Origin: Octopus vulgaris
Lineage: Eukaryota
Assembly: GCA_951406725.2 (NCBI GenBank)
Contig: OX597818.1
Span: 57,536,001-57,600,000 of the forward strand
Direction: 5' to 3'
Length of the DNA: 64,000 nt
Positions within the stretch are counted from its first letter, which is position 1; the number at the start of each line of letters is the position of its first letter. The translations under genes and the position numbers were made by a program. This document shows positions 1 to 13,410 of the stretch, piece after piece. The notes under the pieces are model-generated. The model saw only the letters and a list, made by a program, of their open reading frames with translations, was not told the DNA's origin and ran no database searches.

Positions 1-59
1 ATATTATAAGTATGAAACTTAAAATGAAAAGAAAATGCTTACAATTCGAAGAAAACCTT

Positions 60-122
60 TCGAGGTGATGTCCCATCATGGCCGCATTGCAATAGCCGAA
101 ATAAATAAAAAACACAAAAGAT
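60..122 (+). mobile_element. Degenerate 3' tail of SINE family A or its partner LINE
   Basis: gaggtgatgtcccatcatggccgcattgcaatagccgaaataaataaaa resembles family A tail ggcggtgctccagcatggccgcagtcaaatgactgaaacaagtaaaa. Confidence 0.5.
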
Positions 123-2042
123 AATTGAATTCCATTATCTTTCAGGAAATTTCTGTTCACAATTTTTTTATTTCCATATCAACCATTTATTTGTTCATAT
201 TCCTAATACACTAAAAGCAATGTGGTAGACCTTACACGCTCCAAGACTCTTCTACGAAGATCGCATTCTTTGATGGTTAATTATCAAGGTATATGAAGCA
301 GGTAAATCATATTACCACAATTCAAAAGGATTTGTTCATATCTGTGTATTTAATACTCTGATAACATTCGACGAATAACATAAACAAACCAGAGTGCAGT
401 TCTAATTGATTAAACGGGATGATTCTATATTAAACATGCAGTTAATATTCTGTAAAATCATAATGACATTAACAAATTCTACCCATGAGTTACTTTGGCA
501 TTTAATCTGATATTATTATTAATAATTAATTACATAAGATATGCTACTACCTGAATGTCTAAACCTGAATCACCTGAACAAGCAGACCAATACAATGTCT
601 ACAATTTCTAAGAATGATTCTACTGAGAGTGATAAAATATAGAATCCTGGTATCGATTGATAGATATTGATTGATGGATGACTGTATTGGAACATTGGAT
701 ATTATTCATCTTCGGCAAAAAGCAGATATTACTGTTGTAACTTGTGCAAACATCCGTAAAGAGATGACCATAAATACACAGTCAGCGGAACATCTTCCAT
801 GTAAATACAATGATCAACATTGGTATTTTATTCAACCAAAATGCAATCAATATTTCCATTCATGCAACTCCGAACGCAATAGTGAGGATATTGAGCGAGA
901 GAAAAAAGTATGGCGGAAAGACTGCAACACAAAGGTAGAAACTAGCTGACAGAGACAGCTGAAAGAAGTTAGTGACGCAATAGTGATTATAGCAATAGTA
1001 TTTAACATTTAAAATCCATATCACGACAATGGGGAAAACATAGATTTAAGGATTAGCAAAGCTGTAACTATGTAAAATGCTGTCTTAAACATTGCCCGAT
1101 AGAAGTAATACTCAAATATTAATAGTAGATTTATTTCTTCTTTTACAGTGAATAAATATTCTAATCTTAGCTTTCTTTTTAACATCATTTATCCCAGGAT
1201 TTTAGAAGCTATATATAAAAAAAAAATCATTACGGATTTTATGATTACCATGGAAAATTTTTTAGTCTAAATATTACGTTTTATAACGCTTCTAAATCCT
1301 CTTGGATTTCCCAATTGAAATTACAGATTATTATTTAAAATAATATACATGCAGGAAAAAACATATAAACATATACGTTGTATATTTTTGTGTTTAATCC
1401 TTCTGTCTCCTTTTTTGGAAGAAGTAGTTATCAATAATGCATACATATATATATATACGTCCGAGTGAGAGATACAACTTATGTACCTTGGAGTATTAAT
1501 GTGTATGTCTTGACTTATTTAAAGTAAGATCTATTATTTCACTATTCATCTAACTATGTGTCTGACATATATATGGTTCAAGATGATAGGAATTCATGCA
1601 TGGTGATCTTAGTTCCGTTGAACTTGGTGCAGAAACAATAAGGATATGAACCTAAATAAAATAAATAATTATTTTGTGCACCACATTTCCACGCATCCTC
1701 ATACATCTTTTATTTTCGCTGAGGAAGCATAGTTTGAATTTGACTCTTCGTGCTGATTGCTCTGTTGCAAACATGTCTAATTCTATCATTACATTTTCTC
1801 TTTGCATCTCTAGGTTACGATTTCAATGCAGTTCTTTATAATGGCTTACTATTAAATTCAATAACTGAACTGCTATTCTAATTCCAACAGCACAGTTTGG
1901 TATATTCTGACTTATGTAGAAAAATTCATTTATTATTTGACAATTTATCAAACTTAATGATTGTCTGCCCCAGTGTGTGCAAATAGGTAACATTATTTCA
2001 AAGAATTTATACTTTCACATCTATGAATATTATAGGATTTAA

Positions 2043-2571
2043 CCCCTTGACGCCGGTATTACCCGAAGCATGCGAGACACTGCTCCGGTTTTTTTTTTAT
2101 CTAATGAGGCTACACAAACACACAAATGCCAACGAGCTCGAGTCTATTTACGTTCACTGTTACAATAACATAACGTCGTACATTTACGTCTACCGGTTTA
2201 TGAAAACGAACTATGTGAAGCTATTTATCATAATATGATATCCGCACGAGTTATTCTGCTCAAGTTCAGAAAATAGCTTGCCTGTGGTACAACTCAAAAC
2301 ACGGTATCATGCATGTAAAGTATCCGCATGTCATTGGTCTACTGCTGGTCTCATGACTTGAACGTAACCTGAAATAGCTAAGATAATGCACGGCACAGCG
2401 AGTGCGCGCACCTCAAGAGATAAAGTACACGATAACGAATGTAAACATACGTCAGCTGCTAAAAAGTCCGTGATAGATGAAGGGGAGCAGCTTTACATCG
2501 TATATTTACGTTAACCGCAGGTAGGCAACCAAAAGTGCTATCGCATAATTGCGTCAACCATTGTCAAGGGG
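2043..2571. mobile_element. piggyBac-type non-autonomous element (MITE)
   Basis: TTAA on both sides (2039-2042, 2572-2575); terminal inverted repeats CCCCTTGAC / GTCAAGGGG; no transposase ORF. Confidence 0.75.
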
Positions 2572-3439
2572 TTAAGCTAAAGAGAATTCAAAAGTCTCTC
2601 GAACACTGTGTAAGGAATACAAATGATGCGGATGCACTAATGATGATATTGGCACCATTTTACCAGATTATTACCTCTTAGTAATATTAGACGAAACTGA
2701 ACGGAAGAGTTTCCTGGACTTGCTTTCCAACCATGTTCTATTTAATTTCTTGAGTCGAAGCAGAAATTTGGTCTTGATTCAAACGTTGCCCATTATGTAA
2801 ACAATATCATTGTTCATTTAATTCATATCAAGCCAATAAATTATTTCTCAGATATTGGATCAAAACAACTTAATTTTAAAACGAGGCACTTTGGTGAAAA
2901 TAATTAATAGTACAGGCAGGGAAAACACTTTATAATATGGTCGAAAGACAATACATACTTTACGGAACCTTGTGACAATTAAGTTGTAAGGCAAGAATTA
3001 TAAACACATATAAACTTGGGTATTGTACTGAAACTATGTTCAAAATCTAATCATTTCGCATCCTTGTCAATACGAACTGAGTGATGCTGTGTATTGACGT
3101 GATCATTCATAACTAATTTTTCCAGATGAAAATTACGACCCATTTTGTTCTCACGTTTTGCACCTAAAGCATGGAGGTTAGAAACCATGGTTTCATATGT
3201 TTCCAGTTTTACATTTTTCACGTGGCGAATAGATAAAAAAAAAAAGAAACATTGTGCAAGTAATTTTCATGAAAGTATTTCATTGAATATTTGTGAAAAG
3301 CTTGTCTAGATCGTTGCTGTGGCTGGCAATTTGCTGGTCTGTCAGAGACATCCTGATCTAATAGTGCAACAACCCTGTACTTCAATTTTGCTCATATTCT
3401 GTCTGCAAAAAAAAAAGAAAAAAAGGAAAGGTCAAATCC

Positions 3440-4610
3440 ACTGTTTCTTTCACAAACGTTTAAATGATCTTGGCATCATAGGAAAACTCGGAAAATGTAT
3501 CTGTGTCTCATTACGTGGTAGCAATCAACCTTTAGCTGCAGACTAAGCTTTCTCTCTCTAAAGTCACCTGTAATCAGTGGTATACATCAAAGAACGGTTT
3601 GATAATCATTATTATGTATGATTACCCTATAAGGTATACATTCACAAGTGCAGTAGACCAATCTAACGAGTTGCGCCGATGATACAAAATATCGATGGCT
3701 ATACAAACTCTAAAACATGAGCTAAACATCATTTGTCCATGGCAGATAAAAGCAGTATAAAATTTAATGTATCAATATTTTATGTTCATCATGGATGTTA
3801 TATACACAATTCACATTACTTGACATCAGATAACACAAAGTTTCAGAAAATAGATGTCATACAGAACTTAGGAGTAATAATTTCAAATGATGTATTTGTA
3901 ATCAACCACATCACCGAACTACTCTCTAATCGCAGGAACCTGATAGGATGTACCCTACGCGAATTCATGAGAAGAGATCTGGTAGTTATGCTGACTATAT
4001 GGAAAACAGTTCTAAACAGATTAGATTACAGCTCATAGATTTGATCTTGATAATTATCCAGTAACAGAGAGAAATAAAAAGGTAACAAACAACGCTCACC
4101 TGTAAAATAACTTCGGTTTAAAAGCCTTAATTACCATGGAAGTCTGAAAGTTCTGCTTCTCCAATCCTTTGAATGTCGAAGAGGACAAGAGACAGACTAT
4201 CATATACGTAGGGAATGTTCTGGGGGGTTATGTTCCAAGCATCGACATTAGAGAGAATTTTAATGCACGCGCCGGTAGATACTGTCAGTTTCCAATATAA
4301 CACCTTCGAAATCAATAGCAAAATACTCTGTTGCATCAGCCTGATATTTACAGCTTCCCAGTTGTTCAGATACCAACCTAAAAGCCTGTAATGAAACATT
4401 AAAGACATGGGATACAAAACTCTTAACTACAGCCCCGGATTAGCAATCCATTGAAGGATGAACTGATGAAAGATCGACTGTTACAATCTCAGTCATAGAC
4501 AAACTTGCAGACCTAACACAGCAAGAAAACTGAAGGAAAAAGAGATTTGGTCAGTGCTTCCAGCAAAGCTGCAGTCATACGACTGAAACTATCAAAAGAA
4601 TAAAAGAATA
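3440..4610 (+). pseudogene. Decayed 5'-truncated CR1-group LINE ORF2 (RT) and 3' end
   Basis: LNDLGIIGKLGK and NLGVIISND...TLREF..RD..MLTIWKTVLNRLDYS match the better copy at 21224-22236; many stops; ends in a SINE-A-like tail with AAAAGAAT repeats. Confidence 0.7.
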
Positions 4611-4699
4611 ATTTATTGCTGGTCGTTATTTATGTATACAAAGTTTCGCTCTAAAAAATTTGTTAGAACCTTGCTCACATATGTGCTTGATGTGTGGCA

Positions 4700-4742
4700 G
4701 TGTGTGTATGTTTGAGTGCACGTGTGTGTGTATGTGTGTGTA

Positions 4743-4809
<67 letters not shown>

Positions 4810-4810
4810 A
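4700..4810. repeat. (TG)n microsatellite
   Basis: Direct reading. Confidence 0.95.
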
Positions 4811-5009
4811 TATGTAGGCAGATAAGTATGTTTTAAAGTGCTTATTTACTTAAAATTACTAGTGTGGTGTGAGACTGTAAATCACCCGAAAGTAATTATA
4901 TTCTAAATATCTAAAAACATAACTTCCATTTCATAGATTCGTAAATTTGTGAGAAAAATAATGATTTATGTTCAAGTTAGCTGTCACCTACATTTTCCAG
5001 AATTTTCGT

Positions 5010-5540
5010 AAAGTACAGAACTAATCTCCTTCAAAGTAGCATCCTCTGAATGCAATGAGGTTGTCGTAGTGCACCAGCCCCTTCGTTAAGGCCCCATGGA
5101 AGTCCTTCAAACTGGATGTGTCCAGAAATCTTGTCACACCCTCCTTCATCCTCTACAATTTGTTAGTGACTAAAACTCAGAACGAGAGATCGGTCTGAAC
5201 TGTAAGGAGGGTGACGGTCAGTTTTGACGCCCATTTCTGTCAAGTAGTTGGTTACCGGGACGGAATTTTGCAGTGGTTCGTCGCTCAGGCCTTTTGCGAC
5301 GAAATCTCATTTTGGACTGCCTGAAACTCTCCACAAATTAGTTTATGTTGATTGATTTACCAGAGAGAACACAGGAGATAAAGGTGATGCTATCGAAAAA
5401 GGAAATCATTCTCAGCTTCCCTGGGAAATTACTTAGTCTGGCCTCTTGTGCTAAAGAGAAACAGATGCTCGGCTCATACAAGTTAATCCATATATCGTCT
5501 GCCGCATTCCCTAAGTGTCTGTATTGTTATTATCCGGTTT
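5010..5540 (-). pseudogene. Decayed mariner transposase fragment
   Basis: Minus-strand pieces ADDIWINLYEP (GDE.W..YDP), KLRMISFFD, RRKRP, YLTEMGVKT..HPPYSSD and C-terminal DFHGALTK...GCYFEGD*. Confidence 0.7.
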
Positions 5541-5725
5541 AACTAGTGAAATTTCAAATTGTCCCAACAGTACACTGCAAAAAATTAGTCAGCAGTGACA
5601 AGTTATGTGAAGTACGATGTATTCAAAGTACTATTATATCTGTCCTCCGCAACGTGAAATAAAAAGTTGGAAGCTCAGCTTAGTAGACGTATAGTAATGA
5701 CTTACTAATACTACAATAATGTAAG

Positions 5726-5990
5726 GTGGAGGCGCAATGGTTAGGGCAGCGGACTTCGATTCCCAGACCGGGCGTTGTGTGTGTGTTTATTGAGCGAAAA
5801 CAACTAAAATCTCCACGAGGCTCCGGCAGGGGCTGGTGCTGACCCCTGTTGTACTCTTTCGCCACAAGTTTCTCTCAATCTCTCTTCCTGTTTCTTGAGT
5901 AACGCTGTGATGGATTGGCGTCCCGTCCAGCTGGAGAGGAACACATACGTCAGAGAAACCGGGAAACCAGGCTCATGAGCAGGGATGGTT
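5726..5990 (+). mobile_element. SINE family C (tRNA head, non-CORE body, V-like tail)
   Basis: gtggaggcgcaatggttagggcagcggacttcgattcccagaccggg head; tail with ctgtgatggattggcgtcccgtccagc. Confidence 0.85.
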
Positions 5991-5994
5991 GTTA

Positions 5995-7640
5995 CATAGG
6001 ATGAATTAAACCGATTCAGTTATGAACTCTTTGCTGATCATTTCCGGTATTTCTCCCGGATTTTGCTCCAAACAGAACTTAATTGCCTCTAGTCCATAAG
6101 TTAATCACATCAAATGAAACCATGAATGTTCCTTCCTTGTCATTTTTTGGAAGGTGATTTAACGTACCCAAGTCATCTCTGATATAATTATTGATGTGTT
6201 TAAGGAAGGGTTTCAGGAAAATGCCCATAAATAGACTCTGTGTATTTCATAGGGTGGGCCAGCTATAATGGCTCGCGATTTTTGGTCTCCTGAGTTTGGT
6301 GTATGTATTTATGTCTTTGGTGATTTTTTATGGTTTCATTTATAATCTTGCTTTTGTGGATTTTTGGTAGACCGTAGTATAGCCTTGGCTTGCAATTAAA
6401 GTTTGTTAAATAGTAAATTTCTTTAATTGTCAGTTCTTTTCCATGGGCTTAATTAGTGAGGATAGGGTTTTCATTATTTTTTACAGGGTGTAGTTTGTGA
6501 TTTTTTTCGTAATGTTGACTTTCATTCAGTATGGAGATTACTAGATTTATTATTGTATAAAGTGTCCATTGCTACCACCGCACTTCCTTTATCTGCTTCC
6601 TTAATCATTATATCTTCATTATTTTGAAGTTCTATTAGTTCCTTCCATTGTGTAGTGCTAAAGTTTGAATTAATTTTCTGCTTCTGAATGTGGTTGCAGA
6701 ATTCATCAAGACTTTTATCTTTTCCTCTGTGGGGGATCTGTTCACTTTTGATTTTGACAAATGAATCAGCTTCAGTATAGTAAATGGTTAATGTTTCTGC
6801 GAGTCTTAATTTTCTACAGAATTCTATTATAATGTCCTTCATTTCACTTTAGTTGGCTCTGCGTGGTGTTAGAGTGAATGTTAACCCTTTTGAGAGGATG
6901 TCTATCTTTGTGCTTCAAAGAGGTTTAGTTGAGAGGTTAATTATCTTTGGTTTTTCCTGATTAACACGTTCCAACCTGTGTCCTGGTGTCTCTGGTCTGG
7001 GGCTAGAAAAATGCTGGTTGCAGTTTTGTTTGTATGGGCTGTCTTTGAGGTTGTATGGGGTTGGTCCGGGGGAGTGGTGGTACTGTTGCCTTAGATTGTT
7101 GTGTGTATGTGAGTGTCTATGGATGTTTGGGTTAGTGATGTGTGGCGAGCTGGCAGAAACGTTAGCGCGCCGGGCGAAATACTTTGTGGTATTTCGTCTA
7201 CCGCTACGTTCTGAGTTCAAATTCCGCTAAGGTCGACTTTGCCTTTCATCATTTCGAGATCGATTAAATAAGTAACAGTTACGCACTGGGGTCGATATAT
7301 TCGACTTAATCCCTTTGTCTGTCCTTGTTTGTCCCTTCTGTGTTTAGCCACTTGTGGGTAGTAAAGAAATAGGTTAGTGATGTTTGTAACCTTTCTGTAT
7401 GCGGCATGTTTCTTGCCCTAGTGTTATTTCGTGCTGTTCTTGTGTTTGGTGGGGACCAGTAGTTTTGGGTCATGTGGTAATAGTGCCTGGTATGTGGTGT
7501 GCTTCTTATCCTAGTGCGATGGCAGCGTATCCGAATAAAATGGAGATATTTTTTGTCTTGTTATTCAATCGTCCAATGTTGTAGGCACTTTGAGTCTTAC
7601 TCTTTCTAAGCGATGATTACATTAAGATTATCTCCTGTAA
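5995..7640 (-). pseudogene. Penelope-like retroelement (PLE) reverse transcriptase remnant, interrupted by a SINE
   Basis: KIINLS, ILSKGLTF, FCRKLRL, IMIKEADKGSAVVAMD, YGLPKIHK, IIAGP, LKPFLKHINNYIRD and MVSFDVINL motifs; frameshifts and stops. Confidence 0.85.
7142..7371 (+). mobile_element. SINE family B (tRNA head, Meta-like core, tail 1) with 12-bp TSD
   Basis: ggcgagctggcagaaacgttagc head, gagttcaaattcc B box, gcctttcatc core; TSD GGTTAGTGATGT at 7130-7141 and 7372-7383. Confidence 0.92.
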
Positions 7641-9805
7641 CAAGTTTTTGCGCTAATTCTTTTTAGATGTAACATAATAAATCGGCCAAAGAAATATACA
7701 TATTTGCGTCTGCCGGAGAGTTTTTTTCTTTTATATGAAATATGAAGACGAAGAGACAGTGACAGAAAATGTGACGGAGAGAAAAGATTAAAGATGTCTG
7801 ATGAGATATAAAACATGGCGCATGAATGCAGATCTTTTAGAACTGATTTTAGAAGCCTGCAAAATAACATTCCTGTAGAAGCTAGCATGAAATGAAATAT
7901 AACTTGTCTTCTTTACTTTATACCGAAATAGATTCAAAAGAAAATTTACGTTTCTCTCTGTGAAGTAAGAAACTTTAACTTGTTTTCAATGTATATGATT
8001 CGTAAACAGACCGATTCTATTTCCTACCTGTTATTTCACTAATCTTTTTTTATAAGATGAATATTCTTTTGATCAACAAAGATCGCAAAATTGAATTTGT
8101 TCTTAAGAGGTTTGATCTGCCTTTGATTTAGGGAATCATAGAGTATTTCACTAAGATTTATCTTTATCTCAATTTTGTATGTTCCAAGCGATAGATACAA
8201 TCTGAAATTACTGTGTAATTATATTGGCTAATATACATTGTACAATGTGTGACAAATTTCTTGAATTCTACAATTTCTATTCAATAGATACAATTTTGGT
8301 TTGTCAGATATTAATCTTTATTTTACAGAATATAATGTATTTGATAATGAATATAGTTAAGGAATTTAATTTACGTTCACTGCGGTAAAGGTTACGTTCA
8401 CCTGTCATAATTTTGTATCACTTCATCGGAATGATACACAATGTCTTATTTGAGGTTCATTCAAGTGTGACGTATAGAATCACTCAACATCAAAATTATC
8501 GCGTCGAAATAATCATCAATTAATAAGAATGGTTATATTACAAAAATGGTAAACTTGAAGTTCAACTAATTTATTCTGTATACTAAATATCAGACACGAA
8601 ATATAATCCATTGGAAAACTTACACACAAACTATCAAATACTGTAACAACACATGTATATATACATGTATATGACAAACGGACACACAAACATTCATACA
8701 TGTTGTCTAGTATGGATTTTCGGAGTTGCATGACGTAAGACACATTCCTTGGTTGTATATCAATGTGATTCGATTCACTGATAAATATTTTGCTGTCAAC
8801 TCCAAACGACTTGAGTGAATATTAATTAGAGAGGGTGGAATTCAATTATGGAGTGACGAGCTAACTTAAATGTTTTCTCTCTTTTAAGGAAGGCAATGTC
8901 AAATACAGCTTCAAAGAAACTTCAAAGGAAACCACTTACATAGGAAAAATATGCGTGTGTACTTCTATGTGTGTGTGTGCGCGCGCGTGTGTGTGTGTAT
9001 GTGTGTGTTGTATATGTCAGTGTTTGTATATATATATATATATATATATATCAAAATCAAAATCTGTATGTGAAAGGCCAAGTGGTCCTATTAAACATGA
9101 TCTGAATTTCTTACAGCTTTCAGAAATATCAAAAAAACATTTAATCCTAAACATTTCCTCTTTCCACACATAGAAAAATTATGACTCGTTTGTATTGATT
9201 ATAGACAATTATTAATATATATTTTGTATATTACAAATAACGTGGGTTCAAACTTTATGAACTTATACCTAAAAAAAAAAAACCCAATTTATAATGACGG
9301 GCGTGAACATACTCTCGATTGGTCTCGAGTATTATAAATCTGTTTTATTAAAAGTCTAATCATATCAAAGTGTAGAGAGATTTTCAAATTTAAAATGGGG
9401 TAAATGCAATTAATCTTTCATTTTACCTAACTTTCCCTCCTACGAATGAATATGTATAAAAGTATACAAATACGTATACGCAAAATTATATATAGATGTA
9501 CGCTCGTATGTATGTAAAACTATTGTGTAACAAGAGATTTCTAAACGGGAATGGCGTTTTTTGTGTGTGCTGATTAACCATTGTGAATGTTAAGTGACTT
9601 CTCTTACATAGTTTAACGCCGACACCGCCTGAAGTAATTGTAAATTCAATCGTAGAAATTGGGGTCACACGGAATCATTTTGTAAATTGCTTTACCCTCT
9701 AGGCGAAGGATAATTTACAGACCACATCTGTGTAAGCCCGACGTCTTAACCCTATTGTCTCAGGTAGAAGGACAGCATATATATATATGTGTGTGTGTGT
9801 GTATA

Positions 9806-9849
<44 letters not shown>

Positions 9850-10029
9850 CACACGTACAAAGATATAAATGTATGTAAGTCTATATATACACACATGCAT
9901 ATATATAACTTTCTGATAAATATAAGAACTACGAGTTCTACGGAATGGATACAAAAGACTCATAATGTATAACTTAACACGTATAGAAAGTTGGTGTCGA
10001 TGATGAAACTGGATTTTAATCAATCCATT

Positions 10030-10400
10030 TTTCAAGACTTGCCACCTCCGACCCGATGTCAAGAAAAGGTGGAGAATCCCTCTCCAGAGGACACCCCGGA
10101 TTAAACATGTAAGTAATGTCTATTCACATTAGTTGCGTAAATGTTCGTGGCCTGATGTCTAGCTGGAAGCAAGGGCGCTTCCTAAATGATATCAGGTCAA
10201 GAAAATTGGATGTGATTGTTGCAACGGAAACCCGAGTGAAGTGGCCAAGAGATCTGCTCCCCCTCGTGAACAGCTACGAGAAATACGTTACTCCGAGTCG
10301 GGCGGCAGCTGTGGCTGGGATGTTGGTCCTGCTAAAAACCGGGTAGCCGAGAAAAACTTGTTTTTTTCTTATCCAGAATGCATGTTGGTCGCCATTGTCC
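10030..10400 (+). pseudogene. L1/Tx1-like LINE fragment: ORF1 end and APE endonuclease start of ORF2
   Basis: ORF 10116: MSIHISCVNVRGL...KLDVIVATETRV fits APE motifs N-x-x-G and D-x-x-x-x-x-E-T. Confidence 0.75.
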
Positions 10401-10425
10401 ATACCATTAAATGCAAGCCAAACTA

Positions 10426-10841
10426 TTCTTTTACTCTTTTACTCTTTTACTTGTTTCATTCATTTGACTGCGTCCATGCTGGAGCACCGCCTTTAGTCGA
10501 GCAATTCGACCCCGGGACTTATTCTTTGTAGGCCTAGTATTTATTCTATCGGACTCTTTTGCCGAACACCTAGGTGACGGGGACATAAATACACCAACAT
10601 CGGTTGTCCAGCGATGTTGGGGGTCAAACATAGACACACAAACATATAAACACACACACACATACATATATATATATACATATATACGACGGGCTTCTTT
10701 CAGTTTCCGCATACCAAATCCACTCACAAGGCTTTGGTCGGCCCGAGGCTATAGTAGAAGACACTTGCCCGAGGTGCCACGCAGTGGGACTGAACCCGGA
10801 ACCATGTGGTTGGTAAGCAAGCTACTTACCACACAGCCACT
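10426..10841 (-). mobile_element. SINE family A (tRNA head, internal TA/TG microsatellite, AAAAGAGT tail)
   Basis: Reverse complement of copies at 22256, 32751 and 57469. Confidence 0.93.
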
Positions 10842-11332
10842 TTTATTTCGGGTACTACTTTGTTTTTACCATATTATGTTTCCGTGATATTTCTCCTGCT
10901 TCATTTTCAGGAATTGAATAGACACATAATTTTTAATAAGAATTAAGAAATATTCTTCTCTTATTTTCTGTATTCTCTGCCTCTTTTATAAACTTACCAG
11001 ATTGTTTAAATCCTAATTTCTGATTATATCAGAGCTTGTAATCACCTTAACTTTTAATTCCATTAACTGCTGCATATATTGTGTTTCCCGTGTGGTTTCC
11101 ATCTTTATGGTTCTGCATGTTCCAATTACATTTGCGATAACTAATTTGCATAATTATCGTTTATTATTTTATTCCTTAGGAATTAACAACAAAGTCAAAA
11201 TTCCTTTGCTTTGGTTATATTTTACATTTCCAACTAAACAAAAAAAAATAGAAAAAGCACTGCCATACTTCATGATTTACACATTTATAATCTCTGTTCT
11301 TTTTATACATTGTACATATTCTGTTATTCTAT

Positions 11333-11890
11333 TTGATATACTATTTTTTTTTATTCGATATACTAGTTTTTTTATTTGATATACTAGCTTTTTTATTTGA
11401 TATACTAGTTTTTTATTTGATATACTAGTTTTTTTATTTGATATACTAGTTTTTTTATTTGATATACTAGTTTTTTTATTTGATATACTAGTTTTTTTTG
11501 ATATACTAGTTTTTATTTGATATACTAGTTTTTTTATTTGATATACTAGTTTTTTATTTGATATACTAGTTTTTTTATTTGATATACTAGTTTTTTATTT
11601 GATATACAGTTTTTTATTTGATATACTAGTTTTTTTATTTAATATACTAGTTTTTTATTTCATATACTATTTTTTTAAATTTTATATACTAGTTTTTTTA
11701 TTTGATATACTAGCTTTTTTATTTGATATACTAGTTTTTTTATTTGATATACTAGTTTTTTTTTATTTCATATACTATTTTTTTATTTAATATACTAGTT
11801 TTTTATTTCATATACTATTTTTTTAAATTTTATATACTAGTTTTTTATTTGATATACTAATTTTTTTTTATTTCATATACTAGTTTTTTT
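11333..11890. repeat. Minisatellite, ~20-22 bp unit TTTGATATACTAGTTTTTTTA
   Basis: Over 25 tandem units with variable T-run. Confidence 0.95.
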
Positions 11891-12007
11891 TTTAATCTCT
11901 GCCTCAGAATTTGTTGGTCGACTTTTGTTCTTTGTAATTTGTTCTATGTTATTTTTCCTGCAAGAATATATATTTTGATAATTATTATTGTTACCGTTGT
12001 TGTTGTT

Positions 12008-12027
12008 CTTCTTCTTATTCTTCCTCG

Positions 12028-12058
<31 letters not shown>

Positions 12059-12140
12059 CTTCTTCTTCTTCTTCTTCTTCTTCTTCTTCTTCTTCTTCTT
12101 CTTCTTCTTCTCCTCCTCCTCCTCCCCCTCCTCCTCCTCA
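12008..12140. repeat. (CTT)n/(CCT)n microsatellite
   Basis: Direct reading. Confidence 0.95.
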
Positions 12141-12705
12141 TTTGTTTATATTAAATCTATGTTTATGTCTCGTTCTTCTGAAAAATCGCCTAACCTTTGC
12201 TATCGGAAAGTTTAAGGTGTAAACATTTCATTTCCTTCACACGATATGACATTATGAGATTATATTACAATCAGAAAACGTCGAAATTCTAGGAATCATG
12301 TTATAAAAGAACAGCGAAGCAAAATCAAAACGAAATTAAGCGAATTACATCGAAAGTACTATTGACTGTATGTATATTTTCTATTGAGATTTTTCTTTCA
12401 TTTATGAATAGCAAATACAAGATGAAAGACAACAACGTTAAAGAAAAAATGTATATTCATATTTCTATTTTGAAACAAAATATACTCTGTATCTTCAAAG
12501 CTACGTAGGAGACGATTTGCCTGGAATATTGCCAAAGAATATATTGCTTCGGCTGTGTCAAAACTCTCTGATTCCATATTTTGGTGAATATTTTATTATC
12601 GACATTTGATAAATAAGTTATACATCGTCAGTGTGATTTCTATCCTTGTATTTGATGCACCTTCTTTCTCTCTCTCTCTCTCTCGCTCACACACACATAC
12701 ACACA

Positions 12706-12922
12706 CGTATCTCAATCGAAGGAGAGGGGCATTCTCCGTCCGGGTTGCGGATCCGTGGAATAAGCTGCCGGACGAGATAGTGAAGATGCCGACGACCGCT
12801 TGGTTCAAAATCTCCCTTGACCACAAATGGCCTGAACTCTCTCCATGAACACACCCCTGTACATATCTCAATGTTCCCCTACATGGCCTTGCTTTTTGCC
12901 CAAAAATTAACTTAACTTAACT

Positions 12923-12923
<1 letters not shown>
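12706..12923 (+). mobile_element. CR1 LINE 3' fragment
   Basis: LNRRRGAFSVRVADPWNKLPDEIVKMPTTAWFKISLD is the typical CR1 ORF2 C-terminus (FS.RV..WN.LP...FK..LD); (TTAAC)n tail. Confidence 0.88.

Positions 12924-13410
<487 letters not shown>

Noticed and set aside
671-949. 92-aa ORF
   Set aside because: No recognisable domain or convincing splice context
1813-1986. Possible exon with good acceptor and GTAA donor
   Set aside because: Stops in all three frames; a non-coding exon cannot be excluded without RNA data
4465-4500. CTGATGA motifs here and at 7798, 23680, 37223 and 59493
   Set aside because: No correctly placed GAAA with pairing stems
11333-11890. Possible CRISPR array
   Set aside because: No unique spacers; eukaryotic context; no cas genes
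11599-12215. Hydrophobic, poly-L, poly-F and poly-R ORFs
   Set aside because: Products of the minisatellite and the (CTT)n tract
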